Made by a program: the position numbers and the translations under genes
From: Paramecium tetraurelia
Lineage: Eukaryota
DNA: 64,000 nucleotides
Direction of reading: 5' to 3'
Assembly: GCA_000165425.1 (NCBI GenBank)
Contig: CT868677.1
Location: 1-64,000 of the forward strand
Notes under the pieces: model-generated
The model's database searches: none
What the model was told of the DNA's origin: nothing
Seen by the model: only the letters and a program-made list of their open reading frames with translations
Shown: positions 1 through 11,801 of the stretch, piece by piece
Position numbering within the stretch: position 1 is the stretch's first letter
How the letters are laid out: each line of letters starts with the position of its first letter

Positions 1-3
1 AGA

Positions 4-66
4 CCCAACCCCAACCCCAAACCCAAACCCAAACCCACACTTAAACCCAACCCAAACCCAAACCCC
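4..66. repeat. Macronuclear telomere, mixed CCCCAA/CCCAAA repeats (G4T2/G3T3 on the other strand), with one irregular interruption
   Basis: cccaa ccccaa ccccaaa cccaaa cccaaa cccacac ttaaa cccaa cccaaa cccaaa cccc at the window start. A C4A2/C3A3 mix is the established Paramecium aurelia-type telomere. Confidence 0.9.
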
Positions 67-499
67 TGCTTGGCCTAATATTTAAGTAGTGAAAGTAAGC
101 GATGTCTACATCGTTGATCACATGATAATTTTAATTTAATATAGATATACTGAATTAAGCTTGGTTTTCACTCAGTGGAATTGCTTAAGTAATATATTTA
201 AGCTATGCAACAAAATAAAAGTATGGTTGTTGTTTTATCCAACACAACTCGATTAAAAAGAAGCATTTGAAAAAATGACTATATGCTAAAAAAAATGAAA
301 TTTGAAAGTGGCATAGACATGAAGCAACAGTCAATTAATTGATGCGTTATTGTCATAAAAAACGCTTAGCAATTACTAGATATTTAGGAATATTTGAGAA
401 CTTAAAACAATGGCTGCATAATTTCATATATTTCTTAATATTTTAATAATCTAAGCAACTCCTGATGAATTCACATTGACTTTGCGAAAGTCTTCAGCC

Positions 500-1089
500 A
501 TCATTACTGTGATAGGTTTTGAGCCTATACTTATACGAATTTAAAAACCAAGTCCAAACCAATATCCAAAACGGGTTGCTTAACCCCAATGCGAATCTGA
601 AACTTTGTCTCTAACCATTTAATTGTTGGGCATTTTATATTTTTTATATAATGTGCACTTTATCCTTAGTGAGTGTTTATGTTTGACACGTTAGTCACCT
701 ACACCTGAAATTTAGATGAAAGCCCTGAACTAAAACAACTGATGATTTAGGATGGCTCCCTTTTGAGGTAGTAGTAATCCTTGAAATTTTTTTAAAAGGA
801 ACCAACTGAATATCTTGTAATAATGACTAGAATGAAAACTTCATCAACTTTCAATCCATTCTGCTAGTGATGCAGTGATATTTGATTGGGTATATCTTCT
901 TTCTATATCATTTCTTTCATGCACATCTTGTGAAGAAGATGCAGTAGACTGCAACGCCCTTTCACAAAGTGTATCGATTAAAAGTTCATTATTAAGAATA
1001 TCTCTAAACTGTTCAGATATCTTCGTATGGAATGTAGCAGTAGTGGTGTTCTGTTTTGTAAGGAAATTGAAGCTTAGTTTGAAAGCCAT
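500..1089 (-). pseudogene. Subtelomeric disrupted gene, unknown product
   Basis: ATG at 1089 (MAFKLSFNFLTKQ...) reaches TGA at 844-846. A shifted code-6 frame continues for about 115 codons (KVDEVFILVIITRYS...IKWLETKFQIRIGVKQP...). Confidence 0.35.
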
Positions 1090-4000
1090 GGAAAAAAAGA
1101 TTCATAAAATAATTGATCTAAGCTTAGAGTGGCTTAGATAGATTACTCAAATAAAATTAATTATAAAATGGCTAAGCCTTATTTTTAATGAAATTTAGAA
1201 TCGAAATAAAATAACAACCTTCATTATATGATCAAGAATTTGTAAACTTTTAACAATTTTTGATACCATATTAATAATTAATACCCTAATTTATTAAAAA
1301 TATAATTAATCATTGATTTTTCTCTAAATTTAACCAGAATTTAATTGTAATTTTATATCAAGAAATATAAACATCTTTTATTAATTGAGAATTATTAGGA
1401 GGAAAAACTTGAATTTATATTATTGAATGTTAAAATCATAGTTAATTACTATATTTTAGAAATTATGATTAAATCTTTTTTGTTTAATATTATATGAAGC
1501 TTTTTTGTCTGTAAAATAAAAATTGATAATAAAATTTATCAATTTAATAAAAAAAGTGTAATTAATTGGAAATTTCTCTTTGAAAATATTAAAGCAATAA
1601 ACAAAACCAAAAATTATCAATATATACATTTAAGCTTAAAACAAAAAATTTTCATATAATTTTATAGTTTGCCTCATAACAAAAATCATAATTTTAATTT
1701 CTAATACATTAAATTAATCAACTTTTAAACAATAGCACTTAATAATATTATTTATGATTTAATTCCACTAAATCTATTGCTTGCATCAATAATCAGCCTG
1801 CTTATTGGAATTGAAATAGAATACATAAGGTTTTTTTTGAATAGCATACTTTAAGATTTTAAACATTGTATTAAAAATGTGGACTTTAAATATCAGATTT
1901 ATATTGTAATTATTGGTGCTTTCTATGACCAAAATAAGAATCTAGAATATCTTATAAGAAATCTGCTATTGGATTACTTATTTGATAATTGGAAGTTTTA
2001 TAAATTATAATAAATTCTAAAAATTATAGTCAACTTATAATCAAATTTATAGTAAATAATTGATAATTATCATATAGTACCTCTTTACCTTAGTCAATTA
2101 AGCAAATAATACATATCCATTAAATCTACACAATGATATTTGGAAGTTTATATACAATAGAGATATTGTCACTCATGAAGGAGGGAAGTGTATAAATAAC
2201 ATCATAGTAGACTTTGATGACCCTTAGAGGCATCATTTGAATTATGTTTTAAAATAAATTTAACAATAAATTTAGAAAAATTATTAAAATAAGAAAAATG
2301 CTTAAGTTAGTTAAAAAATAAATTGAAATAAAAGTCTGGAAATGCATTTTTGAATCATAATAATTTGTAATTCTATAAAAAATTGTAAGAAATCTTTATA
2401 ATTGACTTTGGGTAGTTTAGAGAGAGATTGAATCAAAAATAACAATATGTTACTTATATGTTGTGATTTATTAGAATTTTTGGAAAATATAAAAATTGAT
2501 TTACTAAACTTTAAAAAAACCTCCAAAATTATGTTTTGTTAATAGATTTGCTGAAATAAAGTTATTTAACATTTAAAATTCTTCATTACACAGTTAGAAA
2601 TTTGATACATTATTAAGAACTTGTTTACCTAGTGTTAAGATATTTTCTCTTATATTATGCTAAGTATGACAAAAAATGGTAAGAATTTGCCAAAAAATTG
2701 ATACATCACACACATTAATATATTTTATATATTATTCAATAATCCTTTTGTTATTTCGATTTGTCTTAAATTGCCTTTACCAAAGAGCAACAATCACGCC
2801 TGTACCGCAAACACTAAAAGATGATAGATTGGTTCCCATAAACATTTCAATTACATCTCCATAAATAACTTGTGACTAACCTAACATGGATATTTCTGTA
2901 AGGCTCCATTTCATATATGCTCTATTCATCAACAGCTATATAATATATGAGGTAGACCCAATCAACATTAACATAGAAATTTCAAATTAATTTGGTACTA
3001 ATCATTATTGAGACGGAATAATCAACAGAGTCACGGATGTCACTGCGATCGATATAATTGAAAAGTATTATAGAATAACTAATTAATTTACTTAGATCAA
3101 ATAAATTTATATCGACTTAGCTGGGGTATTTATTAATACTTATATTATTGATGAGAATATTGCAGTAGATATCATTTATATTATTCCACTCAATTAAGTC
3201 GCTAATTGATTTTCCCTTTTTTGATAGCGGGAGGTTAACTAATGAGAAAGATTCCAAAAAAGCAAATAAACAAGTTAACAAATAAACCCAACTAAAACTT
3301 TTCTTTTTTCAAATAATATATCGCCATTAGAGATGTCCCATAGAAACATATTGTTACTCAACATCCAAATATACTTCTCATAAATAATTTTTGATACATT
3401 TTGAAGTAAATTCATAAAGCCTTATTTTTTGATTGCTAGTCACTGCAAAGTTGGGCAAACACGTAATTATCTCTCTAAAATATACAATTTATGATGAAGG
3501 AATATGCGATATCATCTTACTAAGCATTGAATTTATTGAAAACAGTAGTGAACTCTTGTAAGAATGTCATAAAATGGGGCATATCGAGGCTGCCTAAGTT
3601 CAAGTTAATTGATTGCTTATTTTATAGCATATAAAAAATCATCCATAAATAAAATCAGTTTAAGATTAAATATTGAAAAACTAATTTAAATGCTATCATT
3701 AATAACAACTAAGCCAATTATATAACGCAAAGACCCAGTATGAGGCAACAATTGGCTTGAGTTCATTTTTATATTTTCAGAATTTCTGTTATTACTGACT
3801 ATCTCACAAGTATGGCTTTTTTGAGATGAGCTATATTAATTTGGAACCTCGACATAGATTGATGAATTTTTTATTTGGATTTTTTTATTCGCTTCCTTTA
3901 TTAAGCAATTTAATAGAAGCCTTAGACTCTTAATCATGTTATAAAAATGCTTTTCCATTTTTTCAAATATTATTTAAAGAAATTAAAAATAAGAAATAAG

Positions 4001-4434
4001 TAATATAAGTAATCATAAATAATTATAATAATTGTTCTTATTGAATACATTTTAGTCATCTTAGCGATATTAGATTGATCAAATGAGCTTGATTTATGAT
4101 TTTCTGATATTGTAATTGAAAAAAACAAATAACTATTATCTACGATGAGATTAATTTGTAGTTATAATGATTTTAAAGTTTACTTATTATAAAATCAGTA
4201 ACTGTTATTGATTATTTGGTTCATTTTAGAAATTAGAATTAGGTGATTGCGATAGTAAATTTTTGAGGTGCTTCATTTGTGATAAAATGACTTTTTATCT
4301 ATACCTATGTATTAATTTATTTCGAACAATATAATATAAGTATATCATAAATATAAACATCAAAGGATCTGAGGAGTTTATTTGATAAAAGTATTAGAAT
4401 ATTGATATAATTAATTATTTTACACGAATAAAAA

Positions 4435-7400
4435 ATGAAATAAGATGACCTTCACTCGCCTAGTCTTTGTGGGTATCTTAATTTTTTCCACATTTTGGGA
4501 GAGATGGAATCATAAAATCTGATTTCTTTATAAGAGAAAAAGATCGTGAAATAAAAATTGACAGTCAAGGATCCCGCACTATTAGTATTTTTATCAAAAT
4601 AACATGATGATAATCAAATGAAGGAAATGCTGTTATCCTACATTTCTTAGCTTCAGATGCCTATATCTAAATCATAAACCTAGGAATTGAGTCCATCAAA
4701 AAAGTATGAGGGATAAATTTTAGTAATGCATAATTTTATCTTAGACTCAAACTGTAAAAATGATCGATTAGTTAATCAAATAGTTGAACAGTATGTTCCA
4801 AAACTCAAATTAACAGGTATATAAAATTTTACAAATCAAAATTAGATGAATGAAGAGTTTAGAGACAAAATTTAGAAATTGCGGAGACTTTTGTATTAGA
4901 TTGATTAACAGGAAGAAATTGATATCACTATTAATTAGTAATTGCAGTAGATTTACTAGCTAATAAAAGTAATTTTGTCATAATGCTTAGCAAAGGTATT
5001 CACGTTATATGAATTCACTACTTTTATTGATGGATGAAAAAGTTGAACCAAAAGATATTTAAGAATTCCTGAAGACTTTTTTGAACTAATTAATAGGTTG
5101 TACATCCTATGGTTACATAATAATCAAAGAAGAAGTAGTATCATTACACAGGGATGAAAAATATGAATAATTGGATTTAGATGAGTAATGTCAAAGAGAA
5201 TTGCAAAATCTCACAAACATTACAGAAATTCAACAACTTGAATCCTTGAGGAAATATTTTAGGAATGGAGAATATATATTAAAGTTGTCTCAAACCTAAT
5301 ATTTTACAATGCAATTAGATTAAAGTTTCACTTAGTTTGTCATGTTGGCAAGTAAATACAAGTATTTAGATTCAATTATCGACCTTGCTCAATTTGTGAT
5401 TTATACTGAACAATAAATTAAAGTTCAATATTTTAGCATTTTATCAATTGGTGATACTGTGTTAGAAATAGGATTGGAGATAGTAAGATGCTCAAAGTAT
5501 TTATTAATCGAATAAATATTATCAATAATTAATGGACAATATCAAATACAATAAATTAATGAATACTAGCCTAGTGTAGTTACTTTTAAGTTTAAGGATT
5601 CGTAATCTCAATACCTATTTTCTACGAATATGGACTTAAAGAAACCTTAGGATTTGATAATTTACAATCAAGTCAACCAACTATATCAAAGATATCAACA
5701 ATTTATAAAGTAATGCTATGAGAGAATGTCCTTTTATAAATATTTCCTTAGATCGAAGAGTCTTTTCATGATTGATTTTGATAAATAAGGAAGATTAAGG
5801 TTTTTGAGTAAGGCACTGCCTCAAAAAATAAAGCAGTAATTTAATATTGATAAAACACAGATCGATTAGACTTACAAGTAAATCTTTAACTCAAATCAAT
5901 CAATGATACAAACAATTGAAACCTATATTAGTAATTCTAAGTGGAAATTGAATTAACAAGAAGATGAATCAAATAAAATATTCGAAATCTTCATAAGGAA
6001 AGAGGAGAAACAATTTAAAGGATTTACTTTAATCGTATCAGAGAATGATTGGGTAAGGAGAAAAGCACAGCCTCCAAATTCAGGAAGTTTAGTTAAACAA
6101 TAGTTATTACAAACAGAAACCATGGATTATATTAAGAAACTAGAAGAATTCAATCCTGATATCAGGAATTCAGTTGTGGCTATGTATATGCCTTAAACTC
6201 AGGAATTTAATTCAGTTTAATAATAGTCATAAAAGACTCCAACCTTGGTTTTTAGAAAGATAAAAAAAGACTAAGTGGTTGGAAAGAATAGTTTCCTTTT
6301 CAAATAAAGAGAGGAGGAGAAAAAGTCTATGAAAGTCAATCCGAATAAATTTAATGAATCTCATTTAAGTATTAAAGAGCAAGATATCATCTTAGATTCT
6401 CTAGATTTTAATATTCATTAGGTATCAATATTATTATTTATTCTTTAGATAAATAATATGATTGAAAAGCAAAGATTGGTTTGGTCAATTTTGGCAAGAG
6501 GCAATTTCATATAAATGTTTGGCATTCCTTCAGAAAAATTAGTCACATTCTTAAATGAATTGGAAACTCAATATAATATGAATAATAATCCTTATCATAA
6601 TTATGACCATGGGATTGCAGTGATGTAATCTGTAAATTGTTTTGTCAAATAATTATTGCAACACTTAGGAGAACACTTATTTAATAATATCACTAGATTC
6701 TGTTTATTGCTTTCTGGACTTTGCCATGATGTAGCCCACACTGGTAAAACAAATGCCTATGAAGCTAACTCTTTGAGTAGTCTAGCTATCAGGTATCATG
6801 ATAGAGTGGTGAGTATTTTTATTAATATTTTAGGTGTTGGAATAACATCATGCAGCCACAACTGTCAAAATTCTTAGAGATTCATCGACAAATATCTTAT
6901 GCAATTTTTCAGATCAAGATTTTAGAACATTTAGAAAATAATTGATATCTAATATTCTGGCCACAGACATGTAAGAACATTTTAAGATGCTGAAAGAATT
7001 TGAATCTCGAATAGAGTAATATGGAAATGATCCAGAAGATTTATCTTTGCTTTGTGGAATGATAACCCACACTGCAGATTTCAATGGTACTGCTCGAAAG
7101 TGGCCTCAGAGTTAACTTTGGAGTGAGAAGATCAATTAGGAGTACAGAGCATAATATGAGGATGAGGGAAAGAAAGGGTATCCTCAATAGCCATTTATGA
7201 AGGACCTAGATAAAGTATATGTCTATCCTAAACTTTATAGTTGCATGTTATGTCTAAGAATGAAATGGGATTCATAAAGGTAATTGTGAGACCATTATAT
7301 CATCAAATGAATATTTTTGGAAAAGGAGCTTTCTAAATCTGTGTAAATAATTTAGATGAAACAATCCTGGAATGGGACAAATTGTACTAAAAAGGGATAT

Positions 7401-7447
7401 AAGAATTGGAACAATAAGAATAATAACAAAAACAGGAGTCTAAATGA
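4435..7447 (+). CDS. Class I 3',5'-cyclic nucleotide phosphodiesterase with a long N-terminal region
   Basis: Code-6 translation gives the PDEase motifs NPYHNYDHG, GLCHDVAHTGKTN, LEQHHA, ILATDM and HTADF. Several tiny introns; TGA at 7445-7447. One apparent 1-nt frameshift near 4530. Confidence 0.92.
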
Positions 7448-8491
7448 TAAAATTAATGATTTCATTTAATCATATTTTAATTTATTTTTTAATGAACTGT
7501 TTTATCAAATTATTTTAACAATAAAATGATGATAAATTAATTGAGTAATTAGTGTATCCTTATAAATTATGAAAATTCTCATCACATTGAAAATCTCTTA
7601 ATTAATTTTACCATAGCAATATTATTACTGTGGTTTATTAAGATTCTGATTCCTATACTATTGATCCTCATCTACAGATTTCTCTAGTCGCAATAAGACT
7701 AAAAGTTATATTTTTACAAGAATCGCATATTTACATTAATAAAGGATAATTCCAATGTTTTAGCTCTCTTAAACATCAGTGTTTATCAATATTAAAGAAG
7801 CCATATGGGTTTGATTAAATATCTATCAGTAAAAAAAAGCTTATAAGTCTTTATTAAATTGTTTATTCAAGACATTGATGATTAAGCCTCTTCGACTATA
7901 CCTATTTCGTTTCTATTGGTTTTTGCAATTTTACATAAGCAAAATTGCCATATTAATTATTGTGATGTAAATATCTATGTATTAAGTTATTAATAGGACA
8001 ATCTGAGATTATTACCCTTGAGCAATGTTACAATTTAATTTTAGATAGTTTCTCATTTAAATCGATGGCTAAATATATTGCCTTTAAGATCTAACAACTT
8101 CACGAGGAGATTGAAATGAGTTTAGCATAAAAAAGTTGTTATGAGAATTATTATAAAACAAGTTGATATGTATGAGCTAGCTATAAAATATATGATCAAA
8201 TATGTTCGAATACTTTATGAGTTAAGATACATATTTTAGTATGTTAGAATAGTAATATCCTTGTTTGCATATTTCTATAATATTTCTAATGCATCAGATA
8301 AGTTATTTGGAATCTGTAGTAATTTTGTTGTAATGATTCAAAATAAGGTTTTTTTCAATATTGAAAATAGAGTTATCCTTCCATACTAAATTTTTGGGTG
8401 ATTAGAATTATTATGATCTATCACATTCAAATTTATATGATGTTCAATACGATATCAAGTTTTTAATAATATTGTTTTTATTTAAAAATAA

Positions 8492-9240
8492 TCAAATAAC
8501 TTTTTTCTTTTTTAATTTACTTTTTAAAAACACTTTATAGACAACGTAGAGAGCATAGACAAGCCAAAGAGCTATGGCTGAACCGAATAAAAAGGGTTTG
8601 ATGGAATGAGTGACTGTGATTGGAGCTGAAATGATTGGATCATTTGTTAGTTCCTTTGCCCCCATTATGGATTCCTTTGATTCTAATTCTCCACCATTTA
8701 GAAATGCAAAACCTAATATAACTGAGAAGGCAGTCAAAGTAGCTAAATGACTATTTTTGGTAGTGTCTCTTTATAAAGTGTTATCACTTTGATGTGGTTG
8801 AGATTACATAATAAGGTTTTACATAAATTCAACCTATTGTTTTAGAACAACATTTTCAGCCTGCAATTTGGCATTCAGCATTTAGAGATGTTGGTTCTCT
8901 TGCTTCATGTCAATAAGTTCTTATTCCATATCCTGGACATAATTCTTTTACCTTCCTCGAACTCTATTAGCAGATTCTCTATTCTATAGTTTCCTTTGAT
9001 AGGATTCATGAATTACTTTCTAATTTTCTTATATTATTCCGGATTGTCTTCGTATCTATATACAATGTTGTTTTCGTAGATTGGTTCATATTTTTTGGCA
9101 ATGTTTTTCTTCTTAATCTACACATTTTTTTAGTGAGTATCATCGGATGACATGCCACTATCTCTACTACTGGTGAATTGATATTGACATGATTGATAGC
9201 AATTGTCTTCAAAATCAAGGTTAAAGAAATCGTCTGTCAT
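8492..9240 (-). CDS. bZIP transcription factor with two C-terminal transmembrane segments
   Basis: ATG at 9240; 23-nt intron at 8994-9016. Basic region IRKKLQNRESANRVRGRQK, then heptads (M-EQELID-M-KQENQH-L-QMLNAK-L-QAENVV-L). Hydrophobic LATLTAFSVILGFAFL and FLFGSAIALWLVYALYVVY; ends KKKKVI-TGA. Confidence 0.85.
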
Positions 9241-9337
9241 TTTATTTATATTATAAATATTCCTAATTTTCCTTGTCAGATTAATCAAGAATTGTAAATT
9301 ATGAATAAATTATATAAAAATATAAATTCCGCGCTCA

Positions 9338-10310
9338 ATGGAAAACAATTTAATTTGGTTAGAAAAATATCGTCCAAAAACTCTGGATGAGGTTCATGGC
9401 AACTCAGATATCGTTGATAAACTTAGAGCAATAGCAAAAATGGGAAATCTACCCAATATCATATTGGTTGGCCCGCCAGGAATAGGAAAAACAAGCAGTG
9501 TTCTATGTCTAGCCAGATAAATATTGGGGGATTCAATAAAAGAAAGTGTTCTTGAATTGAATGCATCTGATGATAGAGGCATAGAAACAGTGAGAGAGCA
9601 AATAAAAGGATTTGCATAAAAGAAAGTCAATTTGCAGGAAGGATAGCATAAAATAGTAATTCTAGATGAAGCTGACAGTTTAACAGAAGGTGCATAGTAA
9701 GCTTTAAGAATGATCATAAGTGATTATTCAACATCAACGAGATTTGTATTATCTTGTAATGATTCAACAAAATTGATCGATGCAATCTAAAGTAGATGTT
9801 GTATTCTGAGATTCAATCGATTGGGTGAGAAAGAGATTAGAGATCGATTGTTGGAGATCATAAGTTAAGAGAGTGTTACCTACACTAAGGATGGATTGGA
9901 TGCTTTAACATTTACAGCAGAAGGAGATATGAGACAAGCAATAAACAATTTGTAAGCCACATTTACAGGATTTGGATTAGTCAATAGAGAAAATGTATTC
10001 AAGGTTTGTGATGTGCCTAATGTTGATGATTTGAAGAAGATCTTAGATCATATGTTGAAAGGGGAATTCTAACCAGCATAATCACTTATGAAATCGATTT
10101 TCGATAATGGGTATATGGCTTATGACATCACCAATACATTCAATAAAGTTATCTAAAATCATAATGGGGACAGAGATCTTTAATTTGAATTCTTACGACA
10201 AATTGCTTTTCTTAAAGCTAGAATCTTAGAAGGGATTGCCGACGTTCTTATAGATGTCTGGATTCATTGCTAAATGTTGTAATATATCCAAAAGTTATCA
10301 TAATAAATGA
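9338..10310 (+). CDS. RFC2: Replication factor C small subunit (human RFC2 / yeast Rfc4 type)
   Basis: [42 protein letters not shown] (QQ = TAG TAA at 9695-9700), IQSRC and [11 protein letters not shown]. An extra T at ~10248 shifts the conserved C-terminus [13 protein letters not shown] at 10308-10310. Confidence 0.95.
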
Positions 10311-10371
10311 TTATATAAATGTTGAATTCCAATTATTTAATTTCTTATTAATAAAAATTTGGCTGTTAGTC

Positions 10372-11713
10372 ATGCAATAATTCTAAGTCTCTAAAAACAA
10401 GCAAATAAGTAAACAATCCCAGTATCTAAAATAGCTAATCCTGCTCAATTATACAATCAATTCTAAGTTCGTTCGCCCTTCACAAATGTTGAGAATAAGA
10501 GTTTGGTGCAAAAGACAGCCAGCGATATGGAAATGGCCAACAAACCAGTAGCTCCAACTAAACAATTAACACATTAGTAAACACCAAATGCATCTGAGTA
10601 TAAAATACAATTCAAAGTTGGAGGGGGAAAGTAAATGTAAAAAGAGGATGCCAATTAATTCAATTCATAAGCTGCTCCTTTTATTCCCATGAGTCCTCAA
10701 TAGCGCCATGAGAATGCTTAAATATTGCAATCACCTCAAAATCGTTAACCATATTTACTTTCACCTCAACATCAATCTCCTTAACTTTAATTCTAATCTC
10801 CAAACACTAAAGACTTGAAACCACAGCAATTCTTTTCGTAAATGTAAACAAATCAATAACCTAAACAAATTGCTCAATAATCTTCCCACGTTTCACCTAC
10901 TCTGATGTCATAAAACTCACAAAAAGTAGTCAATTATACCAATACATTTGCTCTCTAAGAAGAGTTGAAATGTTTACAATAACAAAGTATTAAGATGACC
11001 CAAGAGATTTAGAAATTAGAATCTGAAGCTGAAAGAGTTCAATCAGTCTAATTGATTAAAGAATTAGAGGATAAGATAAAATTGCTTAATTAGATGAATA
11101 AATAATTGTTACTTGATAATACAGAACTAATGAAAGTGCCTAATTTATTGGCATTGCGAGATCTAATAGTCAAATACTAGAATGATAGAAAAGTAGCATA
11201 TAATCAATTGGCAGTCTTGAAAAATGAGATTTAGAATTATCGAATGCGGTGTGAAGAATTGGAAGGAAAAATTAAGAGCGATAATTCTCAAGAATTAGGT
11301 GATTTGGTTTAGGAGTTGGAAAATAAGGTTTAAACTTTGATTTTAGAAAATGATCGAATCAATTTATAATTGAAAAACGGGAGTAATCTTGCTAGTTCAA
11401 TTCAGAAATAAAAGCATGAGAATGACCTTGTCAAGGAGAAATTAATAAAAAGCAGAAAGGAGGAAGAGGCATTGAAATAATCATGTTAAAAGGATGAAAT
11501 AAAATTGAAACTGTATGAGGAGTGTAATGACAAACTGAAATTGCTTCAAGATGAAAATAAAAGATTATAGTAAATTCTAAATGATTCTGAGTTGAATTAA
11601 AATGATTTAAATAGCCTTTAAGAAAAGGTATTAAATATTAAAATATTTAATAGATATAAGTCATAAGGTCGGATAATGATAGAATGATGAGATAACTTAA
11701 AAATAAATAATGA
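10372..11713 (+). CDS. Hypothetical protein: Q/P-rich N-terminus plus long coiled coil
   Basis: Open code-6 frame with a 26-nt intron near each end. SPQ-rich N-terminal half, heptad-rich C-terminal half, TGA at 11711-11713. Confidence 0.75.
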
Positions 11714-11801
11714 TTTACATATATATATATTAATAGTGGATTGTATATGGTTTAGTTTAGATTGGTTTCTACAATAATTATAATATAATTTTCTTTAAAA
11801 G

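Noticed and set aside
67..4430. Transposon or retained IES in the subtelomere
   Set aside because: I could not identify a transposase motif, terminal inverted repeats or convincing TA-bounded IES ends by eye.
9394..9717. Antisense or shadow ORFs in the ORF track (e.g. 9394-9717, 17981-18328, 40117-40587, 60008-60310)
   Set aside because: They lie opposite well-supported genes and arise from using the wrong stop-codon set.
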